IMG/VR virus record: IMGVR_UViG_3300029906_000160
Length of the DNA stretch: 59,907 nt
From: a virus
Taxonomy: Duplodnaviria > Heunggongvirae > Uroviricota > Caudoviricetes
Reading direction: 5' to 3' (one strand)
Below are positions 59,511 through 59,907 of this stretch, one piece after another. Numbering within the stretch: position 1 is the first letter of the stretch; every line of letters starts with the position of its first letter. Made by a program: the position numbers and the translations under genes. A model generated the notes under the pieces. The model had not been told where the DNA came from, made no database searches, and was given only the letters and a program-made list of their open reading frames with translations.

Positions 59511-59673
59511 TATCAAATTCAATTTTTGAGTCATCTACATATCCTGGATCAGTATAAGATAAAACTTGTCCAAGATATGTAGTATCTGTTTCCTTTAGAA
59601 TTTCTTGTAGTTTATCTATAAATTCTGTTAAGTTTTCTGTTTCAAAATGTCCTTTTAAAAAGAATGTAAACAT
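59467..59673 (-). CDS. Hypothetical protein, 68 aa
   Basis: Track ORF. Confidence 0.6.
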   Translation of the reverse strand: MFTFFLKGHFETENLTEFIDKLQEILKETDTTYLGQVLSYTDPGYVDDSKIEFDNAGESENTTKGIIN

Positions 59674-59907
59674 TTAGAATTTCAAAGTACGTTCCTTCTC
59701 ATAACGTTCCATAAGTCGATAAGCTACATCAACAGTAACGTCTGAGATCTTTAAGCTTTCTGGAACATGAATTTCGCATACTGGATTGTTAAGTGCCCTC
59801 TCATAGCTAAGATTACGTCCAACTTCCTTACTGAAAGAATCCTTAGATGAACATCTTGCTACTCCAAAACGCAAAGTTCTAGTTCCTTCATCAAGAATAC
59901 TACAAAC
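59674..59907 (-). CDS. Hypothetical protein, 5' truncated by the window
   Basis: Frame is open to the window edge; GVARCSSKDSFSKEVG pattern seen in phage proteins. Confidence 0.65.
   Translation of the reverse strand, partial: VCSILDEGTRTLRFGVARCSSKDSFSKEVGRNLSYERALNNPVCEIHVPESLKISDVTVDVAYRLMERYEKERTLKF

Noticed and set aside
1-59907. TAG reassignment to Gln
   Set aside because: TAG ends genes cleanly at operon junctions (dnaB 51152, AAA ATPase 48923, 59467) and no in-frame TAG was needed to join fragments.
1-59907. tRNA, rRNA or CRISPR arrays
   Set aside because: No cloverleaf or repeat-spacer pattern recognised by eye, and intergenic space is minimal; tRNAscan-SE was not run.

Overview
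AT-rich 60 kb segment of a crAss-like (Crassvirales) Bacteroidota phage in which TGA encodes Trp (translation table 4-like), so the standard-code ORF track is fragmented. Re-read with TGA=W, the + strand (1-17053) carries three giant virion-RNA-polymerase-module genes, including a ~3425 aa RNAP whose catalytic DYDID motif is preceded by a group I intron. A bidirectional terminator follows. The - strand (59907 to 17121) is a replication and nucleotide-metabolism block: RNase H, ferritin, PolB, SF2 helicase, DnaB, AAA ATPase, SSB-like proteins, primase, resolvase, exonuclease, NrdD/NrdG, dUTPase, DNA ligase, Rnl2-type RNA ligase, PNK, thioredoxin, ThyX, vWA/MoxR and dNMP kinase. Nine homing endonuclease ORFs are present and are accommodated in different ways: four group I introns, three free-standing genes, a fractured RNA ligase gene rejoined by a naturally split intein around a Vsr-like endonuclease, and a LAGLIDADG cassette that duplicates the 5' end of pnk. 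The new pnk copy carries an 8-nt stop-containing gap inside the P-loop codons, a candidate miniature translational-bypass element and the most novel-looking feature here. All calls come from manual translation and motif recognition; no database searches were run.
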